Below the pieces are notes generated by a model, which ran no database searches, was not told the DNA's origin, and was given only the letters and a program-made list of their open reading frames with translations. DNA of 64,000 nt from the human T2T-CHM13v2.0 reference genome, Homo sapiens: NCBI RefSeq assembly GCF_009914755.1, contig NC_060926.1, one strand, 5' to 3'. This document shows, piece after piece, positions 48,271-64,000 of the stretch. The translations under genes and the position numbers were made by a program. The number at the start of each line of letters is the position of its first letter. Within the stretch, counting starts at the first letter, position 1.

Positions 48271-51200
48271 TCCTTCCCTCCTCTTATTTATCATGGTTAA
48301 TATATGTAAATGTCATATACAAGATAGAAACAGGGTATGCAGGATCAAGTTTATCTGGATGTCAAAACATGTAAATTAAGCTTGGGATAATTATAAAGCT
48401 CTGGTGATATTGTCTACATTTTCTGCATCTCCCTCTCTCTCTATTTCTTACTAGGCATATTTTTATGAAAACCTAATCACCATTTCTTGGTTCCACATGC
48501 TCTCTTCTACCACTCTCTTTGCCATCATCACAGTTGGATACTGAGGATAATTGGGAAGCAAAAGGATTCAGCCTTCAAGACAGGGAATAAGCAGCAGGAA
48601 CAGATGGAACCTTTTAGGAGCAGAGATTGTGATTTTATTGGCCTCTCTAAAGCCACATAAACTAAAAGAGGTTAAGGAGAAAGGAAAATTATTTCCCAAC
48701 AGCTTGCTTTTTTTTTTAGTTTATTATAATTGCATAAGGACCAATGAAAATCTTTTCCATATATTCTGTTTTTCAAATATATACATTATGAAAGCTAATT
48801 AAAATATATTTGTGTTTTATTACTTAGAGATGCGATAGCTTTCTCCAAAGTTTTAGGTGAAGCTTTGAGCAAAATTTAAAGAAAGAGGCCTGAATCTTAG
48901 ATGTGTGATTATAGAGAAGTGATCTACTATGTCCTCAGGAAGAACGGTTGGCCCACCACAGGGTCTGCATGGATAGTGATCTATTGTTGTGGTCATCATA
49001 ATTATACATCAAGTCTTCTGATTTATTTTTGAAATTTGTTTTTGTCAGTGTATCCAGAGTAAATTAGGCTCCCTGATCAGTGCAACAATAGATTGATGCA
49101 GAAACCACAAAGCCAATTTAACAATTTATATGGAAAAATACAGCATCAAGGGACCACACACTACAGTCAATCAGTTAATATAATCTCTCTTTAGAGATTA
49201 ACTTCTATGAAATAATATTTGACATTTGGGAAGTTGCTGGGTGACTACGGAATGTCAATCAATTGTATCATCCAGCTGTCATATCCTCTTACAGGATTTT
49301 TACTGAGGCGTTATGTTTACCCAACAGACAAGAAGCTGAGGACTTCTTGAAGATTTTCTTTTGCCTTGGAATGTGCTAGCAGCAAAAGAATTTGGGGGAT
49401 CCATCTTTTAAGCCTCCAGGGTGATACTCATCTATCTCATAATATCACATTTCTTCAGACAGACCAAAACAAAATGGATAAGATTTTGTTGTTATTTTTT
49501 ACTTTCCAGTCTTTCTCCTACGTCAACATAATGAAAGATACTTATGAAGCTCCTCAGGCACTGACTTAATTTTTGAGTCACTTCTGCATTTATCTGACCT
49601 CATTCCTTACATCCTGTTTTTCCACCTTTATCACAGTTACTCAAGTCGGGATATATCTTGTGATCCTATAGTGTTGCACATGTGATGATTCCCAGAAAAT
49701 CCTTCTATCATTAGGCAATATGTTCAATAAAACATATAATCAATAAAGCTACTGAATAAATTTTGAGGATAATTTTGGGATCTCCTCATAGCATCTCACT
49801 TTTTGGCATTTCTTTCTCTTAACTCTTACTCTCTCTTTTTTCTTTTACTCATTGTTTCTTCCTCTTTTTACTCATTTAAATTTAAATCTTAAATACTTTA
49901 TTCCCCCTTGTCTCCTTCTATTTTTCTCCCCCACCTTCTTACTCTTTCTTTTCTTGTCCTTCTCTTGTCTAGTTCCTGTAAGAGGTAATTTATACATAAG
50001 TGGTGGGTACAGAAAAAGTAGTTCTACTAATAATTAACTGTCACAAATGATTAAATATAGTTTCTTCTCCAACATATGCAAAGATAGAGACACAAGAACC
50101 TTCACCAAAAGTTTTATTCAGTAGTAGAAAATAAGTCTAGTATTTGCTCATCAAAAACTATCTAAAATTATGTTTATGGTCATGGCTGTCTTAAGCCCCT
50201 TGTCCTGTTTAACCTAATTTTGGTTCTCAGTAGTCATGTAGAGTGTTTGATGAATATTATCTAGGTTTCATAAAGGTCTTACTGGTTTCAGATGAAACTC
50301 CTGTAGCTGAATTTCTTAGCTGTTCCTGAACTAGAATTATCACAATTATGTGATCTCCTTTCAAGTTACATTTTTAATATCTTAGAAAATAGTTAAATTG
50401 TTATTTATCAAATTTCGACATCTGGTCAACTTGTGAAGGGGTGAAATTTCTATAAATGTTTAATTCTGATAATATTTTCCTTCTGAGATACATATTTCTG
50501 TGAATACAATTTGGGCTTCATTTAACAGGACTTTATTATAGTTCCATTCCTTGTTAGCACAGATATACTTTCTGCATTTTTTATTATGGCTTTTCAAATA
50601 CTAATAATTTCATAAAGAACCATTGTACTAACATGTCCAGGAAGACTCCACTATTTACTTTCTTAAATATACTGAGAATTTTAAAGTTCAAGATATTTTT
50701 ACCAAGTCTTTTTTTTTTTACTCAGTGCCATTAACATTGCAACAAATTTATGCCAACTGGATGATATTTTCTTGATGCTCTGTGTAACAGGTTGCACCCT
50801 GAGCTCCTGCAAACTCATGCCAGACATTAGCTCAGATTTGGGGTGGAATTTGTTAGGTAAGAAACTGAAACTAAGAAAAATTTAATAGCTGGTTTATTAT
50901 AACACAGTCAGTGGTTGGATAAAGGATGAAAATATATTTGAAATAAACAGATCGCTGAAATTTGTCAAAGTTTAAAACTATTGCAGATGGTGATAGTCTT
51001 CACACTGTACAGCATTAAAAGTTATACACCATAATATCTTACTTCCAGATGGTACATGAGGCAGTAAGTGTGGCTCTCTGTTATGGCACACTATTAGTTA
51101 GTTTCTTCTCTGTTACTGTAGGCCAAGTGTGGAAAATTCAGAGTGTATGACACCTCTCTCCCATCCAATGATTGTGTCACACGCACTCTGAATGTTTCCC

Positions 51201-51506
51201 TGAATTATGCTCAACACAGCCATCCGAATACAAGCTACTAATTGAGCAGAATTGACACTGATATAGTCATTTCCTACATAATAATTTTGGTCATTAAACC
51301 ATTTCCACTTAAGTTTATCTCAACCTAGGCACATGGGATAATGGAACAAAGCCACACATTTCTTTCCCTCCGTCTTTTTTTTTTTTTTTTACAAAATATT
51401 TTTTAAATTTTTTTACTCTGTTTACTGTTTAAATTATTCAAAAACAAAATGAGTCAAAATCGTGTCTGATTTTGAAAGTTTGAAAAACATTTTAAATCTT
51501 AAAGAC

Positions 51507-51673
51507 TTTTTTTTTTAAGAGACAGAGTCTTGCAATGTTGCCCAGGCTAGAGTGCAGTGGCATCATCATGGCTGCACTGCCTAGGCTAGTCTCACACTCC
51601 TGGCCTCAAGCAATCCTCCCACCTGGGCCTACCAAATTGTTGGTATTACAGGCATGAGCCATTGCACCTAGCC
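51507..51673 (-). mobile_element. Monomer-length AluJ/FRAM/FLAM-like element
   Basis: gagacagagtcttgc...ctcctggcctcaagcaatcctccc...gcacctagcc; flanks ttaaatctta on both sides. Confidence 0.75.
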
Positions 51674-51684
51674 TTAAATCTTAT

Positions 51685-51825
51685 AAATTGTTCTGGAATT
51701 AGATAGTGATGATCACCGCATAATTTTGTGAATATACTAAAAGCCATGAAATGGTACAGTTTAAAAGGGTGAGCTTTATGGTGTATGACTTATATCTCAA
51801 CAAAGCTGTTATTTTTAAAAAGGAA
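51685..51825 (+). mobile_element. L1M 3' end
   Basis: gttctggaattagatagtg...gaatatactaaaa...tatatctcaacaaagctgtt. Confidence 0.7.
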
Positions 51826-51839
51826 AGAAATCTTAAAGA

Positions 51840-52170
51840 AACTTTGTTGGCTCTACCTTCAAAATACATCTAGAGTTTGACAACTTCTCACCACCTCTGC
51901 AGCCACTGCCTAACCTGGACCATTAGCATCTCACCTGCTTCCACATTTTCCCTCTCCCTCCAACCAACATTCTTTTTTCAAACAAGAGCTTGATTAATTA
52001 TCTTAAGAGTCAGGCTACTTCTGTGCTCAAAGCATTTATTGGATCTCTGGTGCACTCAGAGTAAAAGCCCAAGTCATTTAAAAGTCCTCCTGTAAGGCCT
52101 GATCTTCCTAACCACGCCTCCTCTACTTTCCTGCTTACTAACTCTGCTCTGGCCCCACTGGCCTCCTGGT
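51840..52170 (+). mobile_element. L2 fragment
   Basis: ctctaccttcaaaatacatc...cttctcaccacctc...ccactggcctcc. Confidence 0.65.
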
Positions 52171-52279
52171 TATTATATGTATATGATTAACTCTTAACTC
52201 AGTTACAAGTCTAACAGCTCAAGCCTGTAACCACTTTTATTATGGTTAAATTTTATAACCAAACACATCAGGTAATCAT

Positions 52280-52361
52280 ATGTATATATATACACAGACA
52301 GACATACAACTACACAGATATAAATACTCATACACATATACATACGTATATACATATATAC

Positions 52362-52392
<31 letters not shown>
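52280..52392. repeat. (TA)n/(CATA)n microsatellite
   Basis: direct. Confidence 0.9.
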
Positions 52393-52393
<1 letters not shown>

Positions 52394-52528
52394 GGAACGA
52401 GAAGAGGCAATTGTTACCACCAAAGAAATAATTTAAAAATGCACATCAGTTTAGAATAGTGGCTTGATTTTGAATAATGTTTGTATATAATAATACAAAG
52501 ACTGAATATTGATTTAAGAGATAATTGT

Positions 52529-52886
<358 letters not shown>

Positions 52887-53494
52887 TTACTTAAGAGGAG
52901 AATAGCATACAGAAACAAACAGATATGTCTAAACCTAAAATTCAAGAAATGCAGTAGTAGCAGGTTTTTTCAAACATGTAGGTAAATGACAGATGTGACT
53001 TCTAACAAAATGGAGAATCTGCCAGCAGCAGCAAGCATCAGTGTTGGAGAGAGGTAGAGAAACAGCTTTGCTTCTTATAAAAAAGAACTTTCTGTATTAT
53101 ATACATAGAATTAATCTTTAAATATCAGAGTTTAAAAAGAACAATACATGGCTGTTAATAATTCCAACTCACAGGATTTAGTGAACATGTACTACAGCAT
53201 TGTATTAAATGTGGTGTGGAATATAGAGTAAGTATAGACCCTGCCCAATCGTAATTCCACAGAATACAACAATAGTACTCATAGGCGATATCTATTGCAC
53301 AGTTATAATAGTAGTTGCATTTACAATGCACTTATGTATAGCTCTCTATTTCCCAACCAAGCATCAGCCCTTTGAAGAAAGATTCTGTATCTTGTTCAGA
53401 TCCTCCTTTCCATTTCTCACATATAGTTGATGCTCAGTAAACATTGCCTGAATTCAATAAACAGATTACAAAATTTATAGCTTAGCTTTTAAAA

Positions 53495-53710
53495 ACTGTA
53501 GTCAATAATAACTTAATTGTTCATTTTCAAATAACTTAAAGAGTGTAATTAAATTATTTGTAACTCATAGGATAAATGCTTGAGTAGCTGGATATGCTCC
53601 ATCCTCCATGATGTGCTTCTTTCACATTGTATCAAAACATCTCATGTACGTCATAAATAGATACACCTACTATGTACCCACCAAAATTTACAAAAATAAA
53701 AGATAAATAA
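53495..53710 (+). mobile_element. L1MA 3' end
   Basis: ggataaatgcttgag...cacctactatgtacccac...aataaa. Confidence 0.8.
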
Positions 53711-53711
53711 A

Positions 53712-53880
53712 CCTAACTGTGCATCAGGGATACCTGATAATATTTTAAAAAATAGGAATGTCTTGTCCCTACTTTCCAAGCATCTGATTCGGCTGATATG
53801 CTGTGGATACCAAGAATCTGTATTATTTAAAATGCTCAACACATGATTCAGATGTACAGCCAGAGTCAAGGCCCATGGAA
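53712..53880. mobile_element. MER5-like hAT-Charlie remnant
   Basis: gcatcagggatacctg...agaatctgtatt...tgattcagatgtacagccag. Confidence 0.55.
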
Positions 53881-54279
53881 GTAGAGCATGATACATGTCC
53901 TAAGAGGAATGCTGTGTACTAAGGGATTTGGAGGAGAGCGAGAGTTCTTCTGGGTAGGGGAATTTGGAGGAGCCATCACTAGAAGGATACTTCCCCTTCT
54001 GTGGACATGTAAAATTTATCTTTGTGTTGGTGGCTCTGGCCATATTTCTGTTAGAGCTTGTTGCTATCTAAAGTGTGTATTCTCAGACTTAGGGTTAACC
54101 TTGAGGTTCTAATCAGAATATCATGGTTCTGTTTTTAAAGGTTGTATAACAAATATTTTCTCATCATGCTCTTTATCCAAATGGTTTCAGCTGGTTTCTC
54201 TCTAGCCTCATAATGATTTCTTTGCTTTTCCTTGTAGCTCGAGAGTTTTTTTTTTTTCCTTATAAACACCAGAGAGAAC

Positions 54280-54485
54280 ATGGGCTGGTGTTCAAAAATT
54301 AATGAGCTCTGGTCCAGGCTCTACCCATCCCTCACTAATGTTATAGCCTCAAGCACAAGCTATTAACCACCCTGAGCCTGTGTTCTCATGCATTAAATAA
54401 CAATAATGATAACCAACTATCTGTTTTATACGATTGTTATGAGTATCTAATGAAGTCATGAATGGAAAAGCCTAAATAACTAAAT
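54280..54485 (+). mobile_element. MIR
   Basis: taaccaccctgagcctgtgttctcat...gattgttatgagtatctaatgaag. Confidence 0.55.
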
Positions 54486-55859
54486 TTTTACAGATCACGG
54501 GGAGTTTTGTTTTTATGATTATTGCTTAAGTATTGTTTCTATATTTTATCATCATGTTATTATTTATGCTTTGAACTTGATTGCCCAGATTTGGAATGTT
54601 GTAGTGAGGATTGCTTGGTGATTCATATGGAAATAGCAAGCTTGAATTAAGAATTTGGTGATTCTATGCAGATATTATTTATGACTATAAACATGAATGT
54701 GGATGCTCAAGTCAAAGCTAAGAAGGCAGACTGATAACAGATCCCATTGAATTGAAGTACCTTGGAATTTGGGTTGGGTACTACCTTTGCGGAAAATAAA
54801 ATGAAAAAGGATATAATGCAGTTACTAGTGAGAAATATAATTTTATATTTTGACGCATTTTAACAAAGTTTGGAGAAATAATTTGTGGAATAAAAACAAT
54901 GATTCAGGATGCATACCACTAGACGTAATGTCTCAGAATATTAGAAAGCTGAAAAGGTATAATCTGGTAAATACAATGAAAATTGTTTTGGAGAATAATT
55001 TTATATTTATCTTTTCCTAGTGTTTATTTGTGTACATTTAAAATGAAATGTAAAGATTCTGTTTATTGTCATGATCAGACATAAAGCTTCTTAACATGTA
55101 ACAGAATAATTCATTTCTCTATAACGTAATATAAAAAGGTCAGAGAAAAATGATTTAAAGTCAAATGGGGGCATTTGTTTAAACTTTCAATTGTAACATG
55201 TATGTTAATTACCAAGTACTAATTTCAGACTCTCATAAAGGAAAAAAAAAAAACAGAAAACTCAAATTATGAAGTCAAAAGAAAGCAAACAGTCGTCTGC
55301 TGCAGTCAGATACGATGACCTATTTTTAAATGGTCATTTTTTATACTATCATAAAAATGGCATTTTCTATCACAGCAAACCTTAGGAGAGTAATTTTTTA
55401 AGGAATAACTTTGTTTTATGGATGCACAAAAACACTTCTCTACAGAATATATAGTTCACCCAGGAGGCTCTAGGATAACATCACCTTGTTTTTAAAAAGC
55501 AAAAGTTGGATCGTGCTTTTTTGTTATTGCCTATTGATAGGTACTATCCTTCTTTCTGTCCTGCAGAATCTATCCTAGCTACAGAGAAAAGCAAAAAGTA
55601 ATTTTATTATTCTTTGAAATGGTTATCTGCAGGACTTTCATAAACATCAAAAGTAAATTACACATATGGAAAAGTATTGGAGAAAGTATGAGAGAAAGAA
55701 AAAGCATGACTCATAGATACCATCATTAAATGTAAAAGTCACCTATCTATTTTTGTCTTCTTAAAAAGGATGTCTTTTAGTATCATTTTGGGCCTCAGAG
55801 AATGTGGCCTTAGCACTGCCCTGCACAGAAAGGCATTCTTGGGATAGCACAATTTACTC

Positions 55860-56022
55860 TTAGATTGCTAGACAAAATAAGGATTTCCAGTTAAATTTGA
55901 GTTTTAGGCAAATAATTAGTCATTTTTTTAGTACAAATATGGTCTAATTCTATAAAAACAGTATTTCTGAAATTCCAATTTAACTGGATATTGTATATTT
56001 TTATTTGCTAAGTCTAATTACA
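55860..56022. mobile_element. MER53 MITE
   Basis: ccagttaaatttgag ... ctgaaattccaatttaactgg inverted arms; tttttatttgctaa end. Confidence 0.7.
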
Positions 56023-57044
56023 CTTGGTTCACCATTGCTTTGGTTGAAAGTCACCTTTAGGATAATTGAATATTATTTTCTGTGAACTTTTTCAACAGAT
56101 TAAAGTTTCTATTAACACCTTCTACAGATTACACTTGCCATTGTAAGGTGATCCCAAATTACAGTCAATATCAATGAAAATGTAATGAGGTAGCCAGAAT
56201 TCTAGAAGGGTTGATATTCCTGAGAAAAGCATTGGAAGTGGGTTTTGGGACTATTTCCCACAAGTAGGGACAGTAAGTGGGCTTGGATGCCAGGTCAATG
56301 TTGTGAGGGCTCTTTCCTGAGAGTGGATGGGCTCCTGTGTGGAAGTGAGTGTAGGCATCTCACGAACATACAGTGTGCTAAGAGTTGCCGCAAATGAGAG
56401 ACACCATGGTAGGAGAATGGCCAAGAAGAATTTTCAGGAAACTGCTGCGTGTCGTGATGTGCCCTGTAAACCTGTTACCATCCTGTCAATGAACTGTTGC
56501 ACTCTGAAGACTTCTGGATTAATATTTTTCTCTTTTATTTTATTAAAAGTTATTATTATTATTATTTAATGTGACACCAAGTATAGCCAGACCACCAGGG
56601 AGAGGCTTCCTTTGGAAATGATCAGAAAAACATCCCACCTGGGAAACTGAAACTGTTGATGTCAACGGATAAAGATGGACCGGACCTAAACTTGACGTGT
56701 TCTTGAATAATCACCACAAAGCTAGAGAGATTCCATAATTACAAGGACTGTGAGCATGCATGATTTGTTGTGAAGGATTCTAAACAGGCAATTAGATTGA
56801 AGCAACATTACATGACTTTGCTAAATTAATCTAAAAAGCTCCTATTAAAATAAGCACATTTAAATTTGAGTATCGAGAGGTGCCCACTTTTGTAAGAAAT
56901 TAGAATCCTTCTAGGAGGAGGAATGCCAGTTTTTGGCAGACACATCTAGACTCTTTCAAGACTTTTGCTCTATTCCAGTGAGTAAGATCTAACATGGGTC
57001 TTGGATGTCACTCTGGGATCATTAGTTCAGACTTTGTTTTTAAC

Positions 57045-57285
57045 TACATTTTTTTATTTTAGAATAATTTTAGGTTTACAAACAGAAAGGTCATAAAGAG
57101 AACACAAAGGCTGTGTATCCCTTATCCAGTTCCACCTAATCTTACATTAAGTATGGTTCATCACTATTATCATACAACATTATTAAATAAACTTCAGACT
57201 TTATTTTGATTCCACCACTTTTTCCACTAGTGTCTTTTGTTTGGTGCCAGAATCCACTCCAACTCAGGATATCACACTGACTTTG
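57045..57285 (-). mobile_element. L1MC-type 3' end
   Basis: tttagaataattttaggtttaca...cagactttattttgattccacc...caggatatcacact. Confidence 0.6.
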
Positions 57286-57299
57286 CTACCAATTGCTGA

Positions 57300-57545
57300 G
57301 GACATGTGGACAACTGGTGGGTGAGCAACGTGGAGAGGAGCTTTATTGAGTGATAGAACAGCACTCAGCAGAGAGGAGACCAGAAGTAGGTAGCTCCTGT
57401 TCTCAGGCAGGTCCTCCCAGTGAGTCTCTGAGTTGGGCTGAGTCTGAGATTTTCACAGGCTCAGAATAGAGGAGGTGCATGCTGATTGGCCCATGGGTGG
57501 GAGGAAGTGCATGCTGATTGGTCCATGGGTGGGAGGAAGTGCATG
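57300..57545. mobile_element. MER52-like ERV1 LTR fragment ending in a 32-bp tandem repeat
   Basis: gagaggagctttattgagtgatagaacagc; gaggaagtgcatgctgattggtccatgggtgg x2.4. Confidence 0.6.
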
Positions 57546-58165
57546 ATCATAGATAGATAGATATATAGATAGATAAAGAGGGGATTTAGGGGAGTTTGCT
57601 CATGTAATTTTAGAAGCTAAGAAGTCCCATATTAAGTTGTCTGCAAGTTGGAGAACTAAGGAAGTTGGTAGTGTGGTTCAGTCCAAGTCCCAAGGTCTCA
57701 GACTCAGGACAGCAAATCGTGTAACTCTCAAGCCCCAAACCTGAGAACACAAGGGGCCCACTGCTGTAAGTCCCAGAATCCAAAGACCAGAGAACCTGGA
57801 GTTCTGATGTCTAAGGGCAGAGGAAGAGGGGTGTCCCAGCTCCGTAAGAGAGAGAGAGGGAGCTGGGGAGAGGGAAGGAGAGAGAGGGAGAGGGAGAAGG
57901 AGAGAGAAGGAGAAAGGGAGAGTGAGAGGGAAAGGAAGGGAGGGAATTCAACTTTCCTCTGAGATTTTCTTCTATCCATACCCTCAGCCTATTGGATAGT
58001 GCCTGCTCTCATTGGGTGAGAATGGATCTTCTTTACTCTGTCTACTGATTCAAATGTCAGTCTCTTGTGGAATCACCCTCACAGACGTAACCAGAAGTAA
58101 TGGTTTATCAGCTATCTAGGTATTCCTTAATCCAGTCAAATTGACCTATAAAATTAACTATCACA
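57546..58165 (-). mobile_element. MLT2B-like (ERVL) LTR with (GATA)n and a GA-rich expansion
   Basis: gaagtccca...tctgcaagttggaga...ccagtcaaattgac...aactatcaca. Confidence 0.85.
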
Positions 58166-60529
58166 AGTGGCAATCAGGGGTAAGTGGAGTATAATGGCTA
58201 ACTTAGGTAATGTGGCTATCCAAAAATAGTTACCAGGAAAATGAAGCTCAGGTTGGTTTGAATGAATCAGAGGCTTCTCCTGGAGCTGAGACTGAGCCAC
58301 GTTTACCTGAGTCATATAAACAACATTAGGGTTCTGTAAAGAAACTGGGAAGGAATCCACAGTGTCTATCACAGTAAAAACAACTACTTGCTACATTTTT
58401 TGCTAAGTAAACTCTATTCCTCTTGTTTCCTAGATACTTAGAAAGGTGAAGAATTTATTTAAATCCAGCTTCTACCATCATGAATCAATCTAATCTTAGT
58501 CTATTAGATTGTTAGTTCCAATTTAGAATAGAGTTTATATAACATACATTATTTTACATTAACATGTATTTGCCTTATTTTAATTGAAAACAACAGCTGC
58601 ATTTTCATGTCTGTGTTTTCATTTGGTACCATTGCAAACAGCAGTTCAAAGTATAGCATTTCCTTCCCAAGCAACCCCAGCTGCCTAACCTCAAAGTGTT
58701 ATTTCATACTTCATTTAAACTTGCTACAGTGATTTCACAGTTCCAAAGACTCGGAGAAACCTGAGTCATCAGCAAATTAAAAAAAAAAAAATCAACAACC
58801 ACCAAGGTTATTTTTGCTGTTGTTTTCTTGGTTTTTTGCACTTTCTCACTTCCCACATGCTTTTGGTTGTAGCTTATCACCTTCCCTTCTCCATTTATTC
58901 ACATTCTGAACTTTATTTAACCTCTGAGGCTCAACTCAATTTTCCTTTCCTCTGGGACAACTTTGCTGAGGTTTTCTTCTATAAAAGTTATCTTCCTTCT
59001 CTTTGCTCTCATCCTATACTGCCAACCCTTGTCAAATTGCCACATTAATCTTTTTGCTCATCTTTCTTCCCTTTTAGCCTATCAGACCTTGCAGAATTTG
59101 TGATCTGTTCATTTTTATATTTGGTATTTTGTATGTACTGAAAAAACATTGGTTTAATTCATCAAAGAATAAGTTATAAGTTCATCTTAAAATTATTCAA
59201 AGTTATCTCAAAAATAAATTTGAATGCTAGTGTCAATCTCTTGTTTTTCAGTTCTCATCTCTAGCACACTTTGTTTTTAAATTAGAGTTTGAAATTCAAG
59301 TTATGATAGCAATTGAAATGTAAACTGTGGTCTCTGAGGACACGGATTATTTTTGCTTCAGTGTTACCTCGAGCACAATGTTTGCCACACTAGTGCTAAA
59401 CAATTGTATGTAACAAAAATGAATAAATGTTTTCTTCTGGACAAGTCACTTTTATGGTAGAATATGATTTGGGTTCTTTTTTTCCTTTAAATGTTATTTC
59501 TGTATTTTTATGAGCTTCTATATAATTAAATCAAGTATTTTAAAGTTTCAGGCAGAAATATCTCTAAGAATTTTTTTGTGTGATCTGCTATGAAAATACC
59601 CTCACTCATTTATACTTTTATTCATGGGCCATTAATTGATTGAGGGCCCATGCCGCTGTAAGTGCCAAACACACCAGACACAGGCAAGCCTCAATAAACA
59701 TCCTCCTGATAAGCCACTGGACTTGGTGAGGAGCGCTGCTTACTGGTGTGGTCACTCTGTCTACCAGAATTGAAGTAGGCTAGCACTTGTTCTAAAAATT
59801 TATTGATAACATAACTTAACAAAACATTTTCTAACAGGAGTACAACAGAGTTTGTTTTTCATTTGTTTTGTCTATTTTAGAATGAGTGTACTCCTGCTTA
59901 AAGGTAATTAAATATATCCAACCCTTTATAGTACACTGATTTTTATTTGCTATTGTTTAATGTTTCAAATCAAATAAAACAATTTGTGATATTCATACAG
60001 AAGCGCTAGACAACTTAGTGACCTTCCATGATGTTTTTTAAACTCCTCATGAATAGTTTCCATGTCGCATTTATCTCTGTGGGCTATCTTCGCTGAATTA
60101 CCATAATTATCTCTTTTATGCCATTAAAGCTATGTTTAGAACAAAGTGTCAGTCTTCTAAATGTGCAATCTGAAAAATGTGATGAAGAAGAAATGTTTCT
60201 TCTGGCAGGAACTAAGAGTGTAAGGTATTATTATTTCAAGGACATTACTCTCCTTTTTATTTTTTGACCCTCTTCTTGGTCATTATTTGCCTTTTACACC
60301 AGCATAAAATGTAGAGTAGATTCAGAGTCAACCTTGCTTCTCAGTTTTTGTTTTTTTTTTTTTTTTTGCCGAGCTAAATTCCTTCTTTCCTACCTAGTAG
60401 AAGGAAATTGGTATTTGGAAAGGCATGCAATTCATCTAAATTTCTTATTCTTCTTTATTCACAAACTGATCTCCATGTTCTTATCACATGGCTATTCTTT
60501 TTTTTTTTTTCTTTCTGCATATTCCTATT

Positions 60530-64000
<3,471 letters not shown>

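Noticed and set aside
58486-58512. Short inverted repeat caatctaat...attagattg
   Set aside because: 9-bp AT-rich arms are expected by chance in 64 kb

Overview
AT-rich, repeat-dominated primate DNA, almost certainly human (consensus-matching AluYa5, 968-bp LTR5_Hs, L1PA2). No cellular protein-coding gene can be confidently identified; the only hint is a possible terminal coding exon at 355-419. The long ORFs in the track come from L1 ORF2, and most short ones come from Alu, LTR or ERV sequence. Main structures: (1) 2-6 kb, an old L1M stack with a head-to-head inversion, hosting THE1D, AluSc, a solo HERV-K LTR5_Hs and AluYa5; (2) 7963-14848, a two-LTR class III (LTR47/ERVL47-like) provirus with a tRNA-Ser PBS, decayed pol and env, and an apparently foreign MER4-group segment where gag-pro should be; (3) 30451-31905, an orphan L1PA 5' end with an open ORF0-like frame; (4) 33-43 kb, a nested L1PA15/16 > THE1C provirus > MER11 stack with an inverted templated insert; (5) an L1PA2 running off the window end, with clustered mutations at the RT FADD motif. 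Subfamily names come from recalled consensus sequences, not from a search. I see no clear new biological system; the best leads are the chimeric provirus, the ORF0 remnant and the THE1 insert.
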